From Candidatus Pyrohabitans jungbluthii (GTDB lineage: Archaea; Hydrothermarchaeota; Hydrothermarchaeia; Hydrothermarchaeales; BMS3B): a stretch of DNA of 64,000 bases. The notes below the pieces were generated by a model. That model saw nothing but the letters and a program-made list of their open reading frames with translations. It was not told where the DNA came from and did not search any database. The stretch's first letter is position 1, and each line of letters begins with the position of its first letter. Shown piece by piece: positions 19,536 to 30,051 of this stretch. The position numbers and the translations under genes are program-made. Where the stretch lies: positions 32,001-96,000 of the forward strand of contig MTMD02000001.1 in assembly GCA_002010065.2 (NCBI GenBank). The letters are read 5' to 3'.

Positions 19536-20417
19536 CTACACACCGCGCACCTGTAGAAGCTCTTCTGGCTTGAGCTGGCGTATGTCGAGACCCTTCATAG
19601 GTTCGCCTATGCCCTTAGAAATCTCCGCAAGAAGTTCAAAGTCGTCATAATGCGTTGTCGCCTCGACTATTGCACGCGCCCTCGCCTCGGGATCAGAGGA
19701 CTTGAATATGCCAGAGCCCACGAAGATGCCGTCTGCGCCAAGCTGCATCATAAGCGAGGCATCCGCGGGAGTAGCTATTCCACCCGCGGCGAAGTTCACC
19801 ACGGGTAGGCGACCAAGCTTGGCGGTCTCCCGCACAAGGTCGAGAGGAGCCTGGAGTTCCTTGGCGGCATAGTAGAGCTCATCCTCCCGCATGCTCTTGA
19901 GGCGGCGAATCTCGCCCATAACCAGGCGCATGTGGCGCACAGCTTCGACGATATTCCCGCTGCCTGCCTCGCCCTTAGTGCGGATCATCGCAGCGCCCTC
20001 GGCGATTCTGCGCAGCGCTTCCCCGAGATTGCGCGCGCCGCACACGAAGGGCACCTTAAATTTGTGCTTGTCTATATGGTTCTGCTCGTCCGCAGGCGTT
20101 AAAACCTCGCTCTCATCTATAAAATCAACGCCCATCGCCTCGAGAATCTGAGCCTCGGCGAAGTGTCCTATCCTCACCTTCGCCATCACAGGTATGCTCA
20201 CAGCATCCATAATCTCCTGAATCTTCGCAGGGTCAGCCATTCTCGCCACGCCGCCAGCGGCGCGTATATCCGCAGGGACTTTCTCCAGAGCCATCACCGC
20301 GACTGCGCCAGCGTCCTCGGCGATGCCCGCCTGCTCGGCGTTGGTAACGTCCATGATAACACCGCCTTTCAGCATCTGCGCCAGACCACGCTTCACCTTC
20401 ACAGTACCTTTCTTCAC
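19536..20417 (-). CDS. pdxS: PLP synthase lyase subunit
   Basis: [16 protein letters not shown] and [11 protein letters not shown] motifs; GTG start after GGAGG. Confidence 0.96.
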   Translation of the reverse strand: MKKGTVKVKRGLAQMLKGGVIMDVTNAEQAGIAEDAGAVAVMALEKVPADIRAAGGVARMADPAKIQEIMDAVSIPVMAKVRIGHFAEAQILEAMGVDFIDESEVLTPADEQNHIDKHKFKVPFVCGARNLGEALRRIAEGAAMIRTKGEAGSGNIVEAVRHMRLVMGEIRRLKSMREDELYYAAKELQAPLDLVRETAKLGRLPVVNFAAGGIATPADASLMMQLGADGIFVGSGIFKSSDPEARARAIVEATTHYDDFELLAEISKGIGEPMKGLDIRQLKPEELLQVRGV

Positions 20418-20418
20418 T

Positions 20419-21777
20419 TCAATCCCTCCTGAGTATGAACCTCTTAACCGCAAGCTTCTTCTTCGCTGCCCTTGCAGCAGCTTCCTCTATCCTGCGCCTC
20501 ATCTCAGCCATCATCTCGGGCTCTTCTTCTCCCACAATCTTTTTAACCTTCGTGTACGCTGCCTCTCTGAACTTAGCCTTGAGCTCGCGCTCGCCCTCGC
20601 TGTTCTCAAGGTAAGCTCCTCTGCCTACTTCTACTCTTCCTACCTCATAAACTTTTGCCACACCGCGAAGTGCCGCTTTTACCTCGGCAGCGCTATCCTG
20701 AGGCAGGATGAGCATAAGAGAGTCAGTGCTTATCCCGAGGGGGTCAATCTCAAGCTCCTGAAGCATCTCAAGAACCCTCGGGTTAACCGACTTATAAAGC
20801 TCCTCCTCGTAGAACACCAGCTTTTTGCGAGCGGTGCGGGAGATTTCCCATGCGTCGCCCCGTACACCGCCGTTGGTAACATCGCTCATGGCGTGCACCT
20901 CGCTAAGAAGACTGCGCTCCATCACCGCCTCACATGCTTGCATGAACTCCACATTCAGCGTTTCTTTAACCACGTCGTAGCGCTGGTGGTATATTGCTAT
21001 TGTTGAGACCGTGCCCCCGCCTTTTCCTTCTGTGAGCAGGATAACGTCTCCAGCCTCCGCTTGCCTCCTCGCCTTTGGAGGCTCGCGAGAAGTGCCAACC
21101 GCAGCGACGCTGGCAACGAGGCGCTCACCAAACACCATATCGCCGCCCACGCGCAGCGTACTCCCTGCGACGAGAGGAGTAGAGCAAAGCTCACCCACGC
21201 AGGCTACGCCGGCTGTGAAGTCGAAGAGCTTGCCTATGTCGCCATCATCGGCAAGGTGCAAATCGCTTATAAGCGCTCTGGGTTTAGAGCCCATTACATA
21301 CACATCCCGAAGCGCCGCTCTGGCTGCGTGGAAGCCGGCGAGAAAAGGAAACTCGCTCAAGCGAGAGTGCATGCCGTCAACGGCTACGGTGATGTACCCT
21401 GCCTCGCCGGCTACGACCCCGGCGTCGTCCTGCTGGCGCGCGTCCACCACCGCTTTGGTGGCGCCGATAATCTGGGCCAGCTTGCGGTGCACAAAAAAGT
21501 CGCCCTCGCCGCGAGAGCCAACACCGAACTCGCCCATGCCAACGCCTGCCTCAGCGTAGCCCAGAAGCTCCTGCAGGAAGGTGTCATTCAGCTTACGAAA
21601 GCCTAAGGAAGCCTTCACCTCCTCCACAACAGCACGAGCGAAGCGTAGGCGCTGCTCCTCGCTCCAGTCTTTAAATTCGGCAATGCGCTCCGCAAGTGCC
21701 TCAGCTACCCTGGCTTCATCCTCGCCTTTGAGCAGCCTTTTTCGAACGAATCCTTCAAGATCCATTAACAGCTCCAC
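20419..21777 (-). CDS. AIR synthase (PurM)-related protein, archaeal
   Basis: [22 protein letters not shown] and DVTNGG motifs. Confidence 0.85.
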   Translation of the reverse strand: MELLMDLEGFVRKRLLKGEDEARVAEALAERIAEFKDWSEEQRLRFARAVVEEVKASLGFRKLNDTFLQELLGYAEAGVGMGEFGVGSRGEGDFFVHRKLAQIIGATKAVVDARQQDDAGVVAGEAGYITVAVDGMHSRLSEFPFLAGFHAARAALRDVYVMGSKPRALISDLHLADDGDIGKLFDFTAGVACVGELCSTPLVAGSTLRVGGDMVFGERLVASVAAVGTSREPPKARRQAEAGDVILLTEGKGGGTVSTIAIYHQRYDVVKETLNVEFMQACEAVMERSLLSEVHAMSDVTNGGVRGDAWEISRTARKKLVFYEEELYKSVNPRVLEMLQELEIDPLGISTDSLMLILPQDSAAEVKAALRGVAKVYEVGRVEVGRGAYLENSEGERELKAKFREAAYTKVKKIVGEEEPEMMAEMRRRIEEAAARAAKKKLAVKRFILRRD

Positions 21778-21796
21778 TCTTTATATATGTCAATAC

Positions 21797-21885
21797 TAAC
21801 CGGCACGGATGGGGTGATATGGACGGGGAAGGCGTCCTCATAACGGTGAGGATGGGGTAATAGGGGCGGGTGCGGCGCCCCTATA
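21797..21885 (+). repeat. tandem pair of a G-rich ~44-nt hairpin unit (locus A)
   Basis: GGCACGGATGGGGTGATATGGACG-GGGAAGG-CGTCC and GGTGAGGATGGGGTAATAGGGGCG-GGTGCGG-CGCCCCTAT; homologous to 29833-29955 on the minus strand. Confidence 0.8.
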
Positions 21886-21930
21886 AAAAGGTTAATATAT
21901 CGACTGCAATATTTTATAGCGGGTGCTGAG

Positions 21931-22311
21931 ATGAAGGTCAAAGAGATAATGCACGGCATAACTGTGGTGAAGCCAGATACTAGCGTTAAAGAAGTCGCCG
22001 AGCTGATGACGGCGAAGCGCATAGGTTCAGTGCTGGTTGAGCTTGCACCTCTGCGCTACGGCATACTCACAGAGAGAGATATCCTGACCAAAGTCGTGGC
22101 AAACGACGTTGACCCGAAGAGCGTCAAGGCAAAGGAGATTATGACTGAGCTTCGCGTGACCATAGACGCAGAAGCAAGCGTGGAGAAGGCGTCGGAAATA
22201 CTCAATGTGCACCATATCCGCCGCCTGCCGGTGATGAAGGACGGCGAAATCGTGGGCATGGTCACCGCTCGCGACGTGGCGAAGGCGTGCATGAGGTTAT
22301 TCTCAAGGTAG
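21931..22311 (+). CDS. stand-alone CBS-pair protein
   Basis: VKEIM, GILTERDI, IRRLPV and GMVTARD motifs. Confidence 0.9.
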   Translation: MKVKEIMHGITVVKPDTSVKEVAELMTAKRIGSVLVELAPLRYGILTERDILTKVVANDVDPKSVKAKEIMTELRVTIDAEASVEKASEILNVHHIRRLPVMKDGEIVGMVTARDVAKACMRLFSR

Positions 22312-22379
22312 CCACAAAATATTTATAATGAAAAATCGTGATAATTGTTAATATCGGTGATTGTCGTAGAGGTGAAGAA

Positions 22380-23504
22380 ATGAAGCTTGCCTATGTTGGC
22401 TTGCCCTGTCAGCTTCAGGCGCTACGAAAGCTGCAGCTCTTCTCTGACCAGCTTGGCCAGGAGTGGGCTAACAGCGTGAGCCTTACTATTGGGCTGTTCT
22501 GCCGCGAGAACTGGGCGTACACCTGTTTCCGCGCCCTGGTTGAGGACGACTACGGCGTGAAGCTGAGCGAGGTTGAGAAGTTCGACATAAAGAAGGGCAA
22601 AGTTATAGGGATGCGCAACGGTGAGGTGGTGCTGGAGATACCCCTCGCGGAGACCAAGCCTTATGTGCGTGTGGGCTGCCAGGTTTGCCTCGACTTTTCC
22701 GCTGAGCTTGCAGACCTGAGCGTGGGCGCCGTGGGTTCGCCAGCGAAGTACAGCACCGTTATAGTGCGAACAAAGCGGGGTATGGACCTGCTTAAAGCAG
22801 CGGAACGCGAGGGCTACGTTGAGGTGAAGCACATAAGCGAGGTAAAGCCGGGACCGAAGCTGGTGCTCAAGCTCACAAAGGAGAAGCGCGACGAGAACCT
22901 CGCCGAGGCGGAGCGCAGAGAGCGCGCTGGCTACGTGGCTAAGCACATAGCCACGATGGGAGAGAACAATCTGGAGAAGCTGGTGGAGGAAGCCCAGGGC
23001 AAGAGCTTCGCTGATTTAGAAAAAGATGTTATAGACGCTGGCATGTGCATCTCATGCGGGACCTGCGTTGCGGTTGCGAGCGAACAGTTGGAGATGGTGG
23101 AGGAGCGCCCCCGCCTGAAGGAAGGTGCAAAGGGGGATGTGCCCAACGCTTACCTAGCATGTCCCCGCACCTCGCTGCCCAGCATGGTTATAGCCGAAAA
23201 GCTGTTCGCTGATGAGGGCGAAATGAATAGCGACAGCCTGGGGAAGTACATTGACATCTTCGCAGTCAAAGCCACGGATAAAGCAAAGCTCACCCGCTGG
23301 CAGGATGGTGGTGCAGTTACTGCGCTGCTGCTCTATGCGCTCAAGGCGGGAGAAATAGACGCGGCGATTACTGCGAAGCGTGACGAGAACTGGCGTCCAC
23401 TTGCAGTCGTAGCCTCGAGCGAGGAGGAGCTTCGCGAGACAGGAGGTACGCTCTACTGCTACGTGACCAACATGCCCCTGCTGCGGGAGGTGGCTTCAAA
23501 GTGA
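22380..23504 (+). CDS. F420 hydrogenase/dehydrogenase beta (FrhB/FpoF)-like protein with permuted domain order
   Basis: VGLPCQ, IGLFC, GCQVCLD, ADLSVG, then CISCGTC, then [10 protein letters not shown]; GAGGTGA RBS before ATG 22380. Confidence 0.82.
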   Translation: MKLAYVGLPCQLQALRKLQLFSDQLGQEWANSVSLTIGLFCRENWAYTCFRALVEDDYGVKLSEVEKFDIKKGKVIGMRNGEVVLEIPLAETKPYVRVGCQVCLDFSAELADLSVGAVGSPAKYSTVIVRTKRGMDLLKAAEREGYVEVKHISEVKPGPKLVLKLTKEKRDENLAEAERRERAGYVAKHIATMGENNLEKLVEEAQGKSFADLEKDVIDAGMCISCGTCVAVASEQLEMVEERPRLKEGAKGDVPNAYLACPRTSLPSMVIAEKLFADEGEMNSDSLGKYIDIFAVKATDKAKLTRWQDGGAVTALLLYALKAGEIDAAITAKRDENWRPLAVVASSEEELRETGGTLYCYVTNMPLLREVASK

Positions 23505-24040
23505 AGGAAATACGCTTCCATGGTCGAGGAGGTCAGGGCGCAGTCACTGCTGCAGACCTGCTTGCAATGGCAGCCTTCTTTGACGGCAAGTACTCGCAGG
23601 CTTTCCCAAGCTTCGGCACAGAGCGCAGGGGGGCGCCTGTCACAGCGTTTGCCAGAATAAGCGACCGCTTCATCCGCTTGAGGAGTCAGATTTATGAGCC
23701 GGATTACATTGTGGTGCAGGACCCCTCGCTGCTCGAGGTTATAGATGTGGCGAAAGGACTTAAGAGCGATGGCAAGGCGCTTGTAAACACTGAGAAGAGC
23801 ACTTTGAAGCTAAACACCGAGGCTGAGGTTTACACGATAAACGCCACAAAGATTGCCCTCGACGTGCTGGGCGTGCCCATAGTCAACACCGCCATGATAG
23901 GTGCCTTTGCGGCGCTCACCAAAGAGGTTTCTCTGGATTCGGTAATAAAAGCGGTGCGCAGACGCTTTCCTGCAAAGCTCGCTGAAAAAAACGTTAAGGC
24001 GGTTGAGGTGGCGTACGAGAAGATGGAGGCCAAGCTATGA
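23501..24040 (+). CDS. porG: pyruvate:ferredoxin oxidoreductase gamma subunit
   Basis: [11 protein letters not shown] and [10 protein letters not shown] motifs. Confidence 0.93.
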   Translation: MKEIRFHGRGGQGAVTAADLLAMAAFFDGKYSQAFPSFGTERRGAPVTAFARISDRFIRLRSQIYEPDYIVVQDPSLLEVIDVAKGLKSDGKALVNTEKSTLKLNTEAEVYTINATKIALDVLGVPIVNTAMIGAFAALTKEVSLDSVIKAVRRRFPAKLAEKNVKAVEVAYEKMEAKL

Positions 24041-24300
24041 AGGTTAACATCGCAGCGTGCATCACTGAGCCCGGGAGCTCAGAGCGTAATAAGACTGGCG
24101 GCTGGCGCGTTTTCCGCCCGGTGATTAACAATGAGCGCTGCATAGACTGCGGAAGCTGCTGGATATTCTGCCCTGAGGCGTGCATATCCCGTGACGAGAA
24201 GGGCGAGTATGAGGTGGACCTGGACTTCTGCAAAGGCTGCGGAATCTGTGCAAATGAGTGCCCGTCTGAAGCTATAGAGATGGTGCTGGAGGAGAAGTGA
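24037..24300 (+). CDS. porD: pyruvate:ferredoxin oxidoreductase delta subunit
   Basis: TGGWRVFRP and two CxxCxxCxxxCP motifs. Confidence 0.93.
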   Translation: MKVNIAACITEPGSSERNKTGGWRVFRPVINNERCIDCGSCWIFCPEACISRDEKGEYEVDLDFCKGCGICANECPSEAIEMVLEEK

Positions 24301-25472
24301 TGCCCCACAAGGATGTGATGCATGGCTCTCGCGCGGTTGCCGAGGCGGTAAGGCTGTGCGACGTTAAAGTGGTTGCCGCTTACCCAATTACACCCCAGAC
24401 GCACATCGTGGAAGACATCGCCGAGATGGTGGCAAACGGCGAGCTTAAGGCAGAGTACATAATGGTTGAGAGTGAGCACTCTGCCATGAGCGCATGTATT
24501 GGAGCGAGCGCTACAGGGGCAAGGGTGTTCACCGCCACTGCTTCGCAGGGGCTTGCGCTCATGCATGAGGTGCTGTGGATAGCCTCTGGCATGCGCCTTC
24601 CTATCGTCATGGTCAACGCAAACCGTGCGCTGAGTGCGCCGATAAACATCTGGAACGACCAGAGCGACTCCATCGCCGAGCGTGACTCTGGCTGGGTTCA
24701 GATTTACGTGGAGACCAACCAGGAGGCGCTGGACAGCGTGATTCAGGCTTACCGCATAGCTGAGCATAAGGATGTGCTCCTGCCCGTGATGGTGTGCATG
24801 GACGGCTTCGTGCTCACCCATACCGTGGAGCCGGTAGAGGTGCCTGACGAAGAGCAGGTGAAGCGCTATCTGCCTGAGTTTGACCCACCTTATGTGCTCG
24901 ACCCTGAGCAGCCTGTTACCATGGGTTCCCTGGGCGACCCCAACTACTATATGGAGTTCAGGAAGCAGCAGGAGCTTGCGATGGAGAATGCGCTTCGCGT
25001 GGCGAAGCAGGCGGATGAGGAGTTTAAGGAGATCTTCGGGCGAGGTTATGGTCTGGTCGAGGGCTACAACCTCGAAAACGCCGAGATTGTGCTGGTAACT
25101 ATGGGCTCCCTGGCAGGTACCATAAAAGAGACGCTCGACGCCCTAGGCGATGAGAAGGTTGGCCTGCTCAGGATCCGCCTCTTCCGCCCCTTCCCGAAGG
25201 AGGAGGTGCGGAAAGCACTTGCGCAGGCGAAGGTGATAAATGTAATTGAAAAAGATGTTTCCATCGGCTTTGGTGAAGGTGCTCTGATGACTGAGCTCAA
25301 GAGCGTGCTCTACGGCAGCAATGCAAAGATTCTCGGTACCGTCGCTGGGTTAGGCGGGCGAGACATAACCATGACGCACATCCGCGAGGCTATTGAGCGG
25401 GCAAAGCGTGCGCTGCGTGGCGAAAGCGTTGAAGAAGTAGCCTGGGCAGGTTTGAAGGAGGAAGCGCTGTGA
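24297..25472 (+). CDS. porA: pyruvate:ferredoxin oxidoreductase alpha subunit
   Basis: [20 protein letters not shown] and GLGGRD motifs. Confidence 0.94.
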   Translation: MMPHKDVMHGSRAVAEAVRLCDVKVVAAYPITPQTHIVEDIAEMVANGELKAEYIMVESEHSAMSACIGASATGARVFTATASQGLALMHEVLWIASGMRLPIVMVNANRALSAPINIWNDQSDSIAERDSGWVQIYVETNQEALDSVIQAYRIAEHKDVLLPVMVCMDGFVLTHTVEPVEVPDEEQVKRYLPEFDPPYVLDPEQPVTMGSLGDPNYYMEFRKQQELAMENALRVAKQADEEFKEIFGRGYGLVEGYNLENAEIVLVTMGSLAGTIKETLDALGDEKVGLLRIRLFRPFPKEEVRKALAQAKVINVIEKDVSIGFGEGALMTELKSVLYGSNAKILGTVAGLGGRDITMTHIREAIERAKRALRGESVEEVAWAGLKEEAL

Positions 25473-26443
25473 AGGTCGTTGCAGATATTCCCAGCTATGT
25501 GAAGTGCCGCCACGTGTGCGGCGCAAGTTTAGCGGCTAACCGCTGCTTCAAGTTCAGACTCAATGTTAAAGATGTAAATGAAGAGGAGTATTTTGCTCCT
25601 GGACATAGAGGTTGCGCCGGCTGTGGTTGCACCATAGCCATGAGGCTTGCGCTTAAAGTCGCTGGTAAGAATGTGATTGTAACCCACGCAACTGGGTGCA
25701 TGGAGGTTATAAGTTCACCCTATCCAGAGACCGCCTGGCGCGTGCCCTGGATTCACGTCGCCTTTGAAAATTCCGCCGCCGTGGCGAGCGGCGTGGAAGC
25801 TGCGCTCAAAGCACTGGGTAAAAAGGACAGGGTTAAGGTAATCGCCTTTGGTGGCGACGGCGGTACTGTGGATATAGGCTTCCAGGCGCTCAGTGGCGCT
25901 CTGGAGCGCGGGCATGACTTCGTGTACATATGCTATGACAATGAGGCGTACATGAACACAGGTATACAGCGCTCTGGCTCCACGCCCTACGGAGCTAGCA
26001 CCACCACCTCACCCCCTGGCAAGGAGAGCTTTGGTAACAAAACCTTTAAGAAGGATATGCCCCACATAGTCGCTGCCCACGGCATACCCTACGTGGCCAC
26101 TGCAAGCGTGGCTTTCCCCCTAGACTACATGGAGAAGGTAAAGAAGGCGCTTAGCGTAGAGGGACCTGCGTATGTGCATGTGCACGCGCCCTGCACCCCC
26201 GGCTGGGGAATAGCCAGCGAGAAGAGCATAGAAGTCGCGAGGTTAGCGGTGGACAGCGGCATGTGGATACTCTACGAGATAGAGAATGGCAAAAGCAGGG
26301 TGACCTACAAGCCCACGGTGAAGAAGCCTGTGAAAGAGTACCTACGCATGCAGAAGCGCTTCCGCCACCTCACAGAGGAGCACATCGATGTGCTTCAGCG
26401 CTACGTTGACGAGCGCTGGGCGGAGGTCTTTGGTGAGGATTAA
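25469..26443 (+). CDS. porB: pyruvate:ferredoxin oxidoreductase beta subunit
   Basis: [16 protein letters not shown]...[12 protein letters not shown] motif, PCTPGW. Confidence 0.93.
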   Translation: MKVVADIPSYVKCRHVCGASLAANRCFKFRLNVKDVNEEEYFAPGHRGCAGCGCTIAMRLALKVAGKNVIVTHATGCMEVISSPYPETAWRVPWIHVAFENSAAVASGVEAALKALGKKDRVKVIAFGGDGGTVDIGFQALSGALERGHDFVYICYDNEAYMNTGIQRSGSTPYGASTTTSPPGKESFGNKTFKKDMPHIVAAHGIPYVATASVAFPLDYMEKVKKALSVEGPAYVHVHAPCTPGWGIASEKSIEVARLAVDSGMWILYEIENGKSRVTYKPTVKKPVKEYLRMQKRFRHLTEEHIDVLQRYVDERWAEVFGED

Positions 26444-26601
26444 TTAGCGAGGTCAGTAGTTTCAGAGGCACTGCATGGAGAGTGGCGACTTTTAGTTTTT
26501 TAATTCTTTAGCTTATACTTTATTTGCGATTATAATTACATTTTTGGTAAAAACGTAAGATTTATCTGTTTATCGAAGAAAAATTCAGCAATACTGGAAA
26601 G

Positions 26602-27057
26602 TTAATGGCATCCCTTCTCACAGGTCTCGCGGGCGAACTCCTCCTCGCGCACGCCTATATGCTCCTCCCTTGCCAGAACCTCCCCGCTCACAGGGTCAAC
26701 GTAGACAACCATTGCATTTATGCTTCCTAAGCCTGCGCACCCGCACTTTCGCTCCATAATCTCCACCCGCCAGAGGTAGCGTCCCACCTCAGGCTTGAAC
26801 TCCAGCACAGCGCGCTCCACTCGCAGCGATGCGTTCTCAAAATGCTCCTCCGCAAATTTTATAAACTCCTCATCCTCGCTGGCGATGCGTACTGCTTCCT
26901 CGCTGGATATGGGGATGTGCACACTCGAGTTAAGCTTCTCAAGCTGTGCACTTAGCTGCGCCACCTCCCCGCTAACGCGTGCATAATTAAAAAGCAACCC
27001 ACCGGTTAAAAGCGCAAAGGCTACTATCACTACAGCAAGAGTTTTATTTTCCACCAT
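26602..27057 (-). CDS. membrane-anchored PepSY-like protein with CGC and C-terminal CxxxCH
   Basis: TM helix, ISSEEAVRIA...W.V...VYVDPVSGEVL pattern. Confidence 0.6.
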   Translation of the reverse strand: MVENKTLAVVIVAFALLTGGLLFNYARVSGEVAQLSAQLEKLNSSVHIPISSEEAVRIASEDEEFIKFAEEHFENASLRVERAVLEFKPEVGRYLWRVEIMERKCGCAGLGSINAMVVYVDPVSGEVLAREEHIGVREEEFARETCEKGCH

Positions 27058-27058
27058 C

Positions 27059-27316
27059 TCAGGCTCTCGGGATACCGCCCTCGTTGATTATGAGCACATC
27101 CTTCACCGCCTTAACTGCAGTGAAGGGTATAAGGATTTCACCCCGCTCATTCAGCCTGAAGTACTTCGGGTCCACATCTTTGCCCGGCTTAACTATGAGC
27201 ATCATCACTTTGCCCGCGACGGTCTCAATGCTTATGTCAGTAAGCCTGCCTATAACTGTTCCGCGGTCACTAACCACATTCCTCCCGATCAGGTCTCTCC
27301 CTGCAATCCTGCCCAT
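27059..27316 (-). CDS. PRC-barrel domain protein
   Basis: LIGRNVVSDRG..IG...IPFTAVKAVKDVLII. Confidence 0.88.
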   Translation of the reverse strand: MGRIAGRDLIGRNVVSDRGTVIGRLTDISIETVAGKVMMLIVKPGKDVDPKYFRLNERGEILIPFTAVKAVKDVLIINEGGIPRA

Positions 27317-27351
27317 TCTCTCCTGCCTCCATGTCTAAATTTGCAAAGGCG

Positions 27352-27771
27352 CTACTTAAAGCTTAGCCCTCTCCTTGCTGCGGATATTATGTCGCTAAGG
27401 GTAATTATACCCTCTGGCATCTGAGTCAGCTCGGTTTTGCCTTTTGCACCCTTAACCACAAAAAGCCTGCTCACCCTGTTCTCCCTCATCAGCTTCGCTG
27501 CCTCAAGAAGCGTCGCATCAGGGTCTATTCCAAAAAAGCTAGTGCTCATTATCTCCTCAACCTTCGCCTCCTTGCTTATACCCCTGCTCAGGGCACGCAC
27601 CATGTCTGTATCTGAAACAACCCCTACGGGCTTGCCCTCATTGTTCACCACGAGCAAGCCGGAGATGCCCTCGTTGCGCATTACGCGAGCGACGTCGCGC
27701 AGGCTCATACCCACCTCCACTGTGATAAGTGGCTTCCTGAGGAAATCTGAAACCTTGCTCTCCAGCATCAC
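27352..27771 (-). CDS. CBS-pair protein
   Basis: ISGLLVV, GVVSDTD, VSRLFVV and GIITLSD motifs. Confidence 0.88.
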   Translation of the reverse strand: MMLESKVSDFLRKPLITVEVGMSLRDVARVMRNEGISGLLVVNNEGKPVGVVSDTDMVRALSRGISKEAKVEEIMSTSFFGIDPDATLLEAAKLMRENRVSRLFVVKGAKGKTELTQMPEGIITLSDIISAARRGLSFK

Positions 27772-27774
27772 AAC

Positions 27775-28188
27775 TCACTCCGCAATGTACCTCACCAGAT
27801 CAGAGGAGGTAAGTATTCCAACAGGGAGCTGGAGGTAGGGCTTTGAGAGGCTCGCCTTCTCCGGCCTCTCCTCCTTTACCACAAAGAGGCGGTGCACCCT
27901 CTCGCGCTCCATCACGCGGGCTGCCTTTTCCAAAGGTGCCTCCTCCTCAATTATAAGAGTAAAGGGCATCATCACCTCGCTCACCTTCGTGGTCTCAAGA
28001 TCCTTGCCCTTGATGATAGCGTCCAGCACGTCGGTATCTGATATTACACCCACCGTATCGCCGTCCTCGCTTACCACCGCAACGCCCGAGATTCTGTACT
28101 TCGCCATAACTCTTACCACATCGCTCAGCGTGGCGTTAATGTCGACGGTGTAAACCCCCCGCGTCATATAATCCTTAACCATCGCCAT
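27775..28188 (-). CDS. CBS-pair protein (paralogue of the neighbour)
   Basis: ISGVAVV, GVISDTD, VHRLFVV and GILTSSD motifs. Confidence 0.88.
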   Translation of the reverse strand: MAMVKDYMTRGVYTVDINATLSDVVRVMAKYRISGVAVVSEDGDTVGVISDTDVLDAIIKGKDLETTKVSEVMMPFTLIIEEEAPLEKAARVMERERVHRLFVVKEERPEKASLSKPYLQLPVGILTSSDLVRYIAE

Positions 28189-28192
28189 GCTC

Positions 28193-29767
28193 TCACATCT
28201 CCAGCTCCTTTACGCTGTAAACCCCAGGTATTGAAGCGATTTCCTTAACCACCTCTTTACCTACAGGCTGGTCCACGCTCAGCACCATAAGCTGCGTTTC
28301 GCCTTTCTCGCGTCTGCCCACCTGCATTGCTCCTATATTTATCTGTTTTTCCCCCAGAACCGTCGCCACTCTGCCTATCATCCCAGGCTTATCCTCATGC
28401 TTCACAATGAGCATCTTCCCGCTCGGGGTTAGCTCAATGGCGTACTCCTCTATGCCTGTGATTCTCACCTCGCCGCCAACGCTTGAGCCCTTGACCATGG
28501 TCTCGCCCTCGTCGGTCTTCACCCTGAGGATTATAAGGCTCTCGTACTTCTCTGCATCCTCCCGCTTTGCCTGGGTAATGCGTATATCGCGGTTTTTCGC
28601 CACCACAGGCGCGTTCAACAGGTTCACACCTTCTGTAAGAATGGGCGAGAGCAAACCTTTGAGAGCCGCATTGGTGAGCACCTCCTGGTGTTCCTCCTCC
28701 GCAAGGGCTCCACAGAAGGTCACCTCCACATCGCGAATCCTGCCAGAGACAAGCTGAATTGCGAAGTTGCCCAGTGCCTCTGCAAGCGCAAGGTGATCCT
28801 TGAGCTTATCCAGCACCTCCGGCGGAAGCCTGGGCATGTTCACCACATTGCGCGGAGGTTCGCCGCGAAGCACCTTGAGCACTTCCTCGCAGGCAATGAG
28901 CGAAGCATAGCGCTGCGCTTCTTCGGTTGAAGCACCCAGGTGAGGTGTAACTATGCAGTTGTCCAGCTCCAGGAGAGGGTTGCCGAATGGTGGCTCCTTC
29001 TCAAACACGTCAAGGGCAGCACCTGCCAGCTTACCTGAGCGCAGGGCATCGTAAAGCGCTGCCTCATCCACCACGCCCCCGCGGGCGGCGTTTATTAAGT
29101 ACGCCCCGTCCTTCATCTTGGCTATAGCTTCGGCATTTATCAGGTGCCTGGTCTGCTCCGTCAGGGGCACGTGGATGGTGATAAAATCGCTCCTCGCAAG
29201 AAGTTCGTCAAGCTCAACCACCTCAACGCCCAGCTCCTCTGCAAGCTTCTTTGAGATGTAGGGGTCGTAGGCTATGCAATGCATCTCAAAGGCTTTGGCC
29301 TTGCGCACCACCTGGGAGCCTATCCTACCCATCCCTATTACGCCCAGAGTTTTTCCGCGAAGCTCAATGCCCAGAAACTTCTTCTTCTCCCACTTACCTG
29401 CCTTGAGGCTGGCATTCGCCTGAGGTATTCGCCTTGCGAGAGCAAGCATTAAACCAATGGTATGCTCCGCTACGGTTATGGACGAAGCTTCGGGAGCGTT
29501 AACCACGATAATGCCACGCTCTGTCGCAGCCTTGATATCGATGTTGTCCACGCCCACGCCAGCTCTGCCTATAACCTTAAGGTTCTCAGCAGCTTCTATC
29601 ACGTCTCGGGTAACCTTTGTGGCACTCCTAACGAGAAGCCCATCTTTATCGCGAATCTTCTCAATAAGCTCCTCTTTGCTTAACCCAGTTGCAACCTCAA
29701 CCTCTGCATGCTGACGAAGAAGCTCTATCCCTGCCTCGTGGAGATGGTCGCTCACCAGTATCTTCAT
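28193..29767 (-). CDS. serA: D-3-phosphoglycerate dehydrogenase (long form with ACT domain)
   Basis: [10 protein letters not shown], GxGxx[22 protein letters not shown]; ATG 29767 after GGAGG. Confidence 0.95.
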   Translation of the reverse strand: MKILVSDHLHEAGIELLRQHAEVEVATGLSKEELIEKIRDKDGLLVRSATKVTRDVIEAAENLKVIGRAGVGVDNIDIKAATERGIIVVNAPEASSITVAEHTIGLMLALARRIPQANASLKAGKWEKKKFLGIELRGKTLGVIGMGRIGSQVVRKAKAFEMHCIAYDPYISKKLAEELGVEVVELDELLARSDFITIHVPLTEQTRHLINAEAIAKMKDGAYLINAARGGVVDEAALYDALRSGKLAGAALDVFEKEPPFGNPLLELDNCIVTPHLGASTEEAQRYASLIACEEVLKVLRGEPPRNVVNMPRLPPEVLDKLKDHLALAEALGNFAIQLVSGRIRDVEVTFCGALAEEEHQEVLTNAALKGLLSPILTEGVNLLNAPVVAKNRDIRITQAKREDAEKYESLIILRVKTDEGETMVKGSSVGGEVRITGIEEYAIELTPSGKMLIVKHEDKPGMIGRVATVLGEKQINIGAMQVGRREKGETQLMVLSVDQPVGKEVVKEIASIPGVYSVKELEM

Positions 29768-29832
29768 CCTGAACCTCCTGCGTCTGAATTTTTCATATAA
29801 TGGGGTGCGGTGGTATTTAAAATATTCTCTGA

Positions 29833-29955
29833 ATAGGGGCGCCTTCCCCGCCCCTATCACCCCTTCCGTACCAGTAAGGGCGCCTTCCCCGCTTCGTCAC
29901 CCGGAACCGAGTTCCGGGCAACCCCTATCACCCCATCCTCACCAAGGCGCCGCAC
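29833..29955 (-). repeat. tandem pair of the G-rich hairpin unit (locus B), one copy with an inserted 12-bp hairpin
   Basis: Minus strand: GGTGAGGATGGGGTGATAGGG-GTTGCCCGGAAC-TCG-GTTCCGGGTGAC-GAA-GCG-GGGAAGG-CGCCCTTA-CT-GGTACGGAAGGGGTGATAGGGGCG-GGGAAGG-CGCCCCTAT. Confidence 0.8.
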
Positions 29956-30051
29956 ATACAGGAGAAGTAAAAGCCGGCAGCAGAAAAATTTATAAGCCAC
30001 TTACGTGTTGTTAACCACAGGATAAATCAAGGTTAACGAAGGTGGTGAGGA

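Noticed and set aside
29768-29860. N-terminal extension of serA in the ORF track
   Set aside because: The family N-terminus MKILVSD begins at ATG 29767 with a GGAGG RBS; the extension runs through promoter-like DNA and the repeat.
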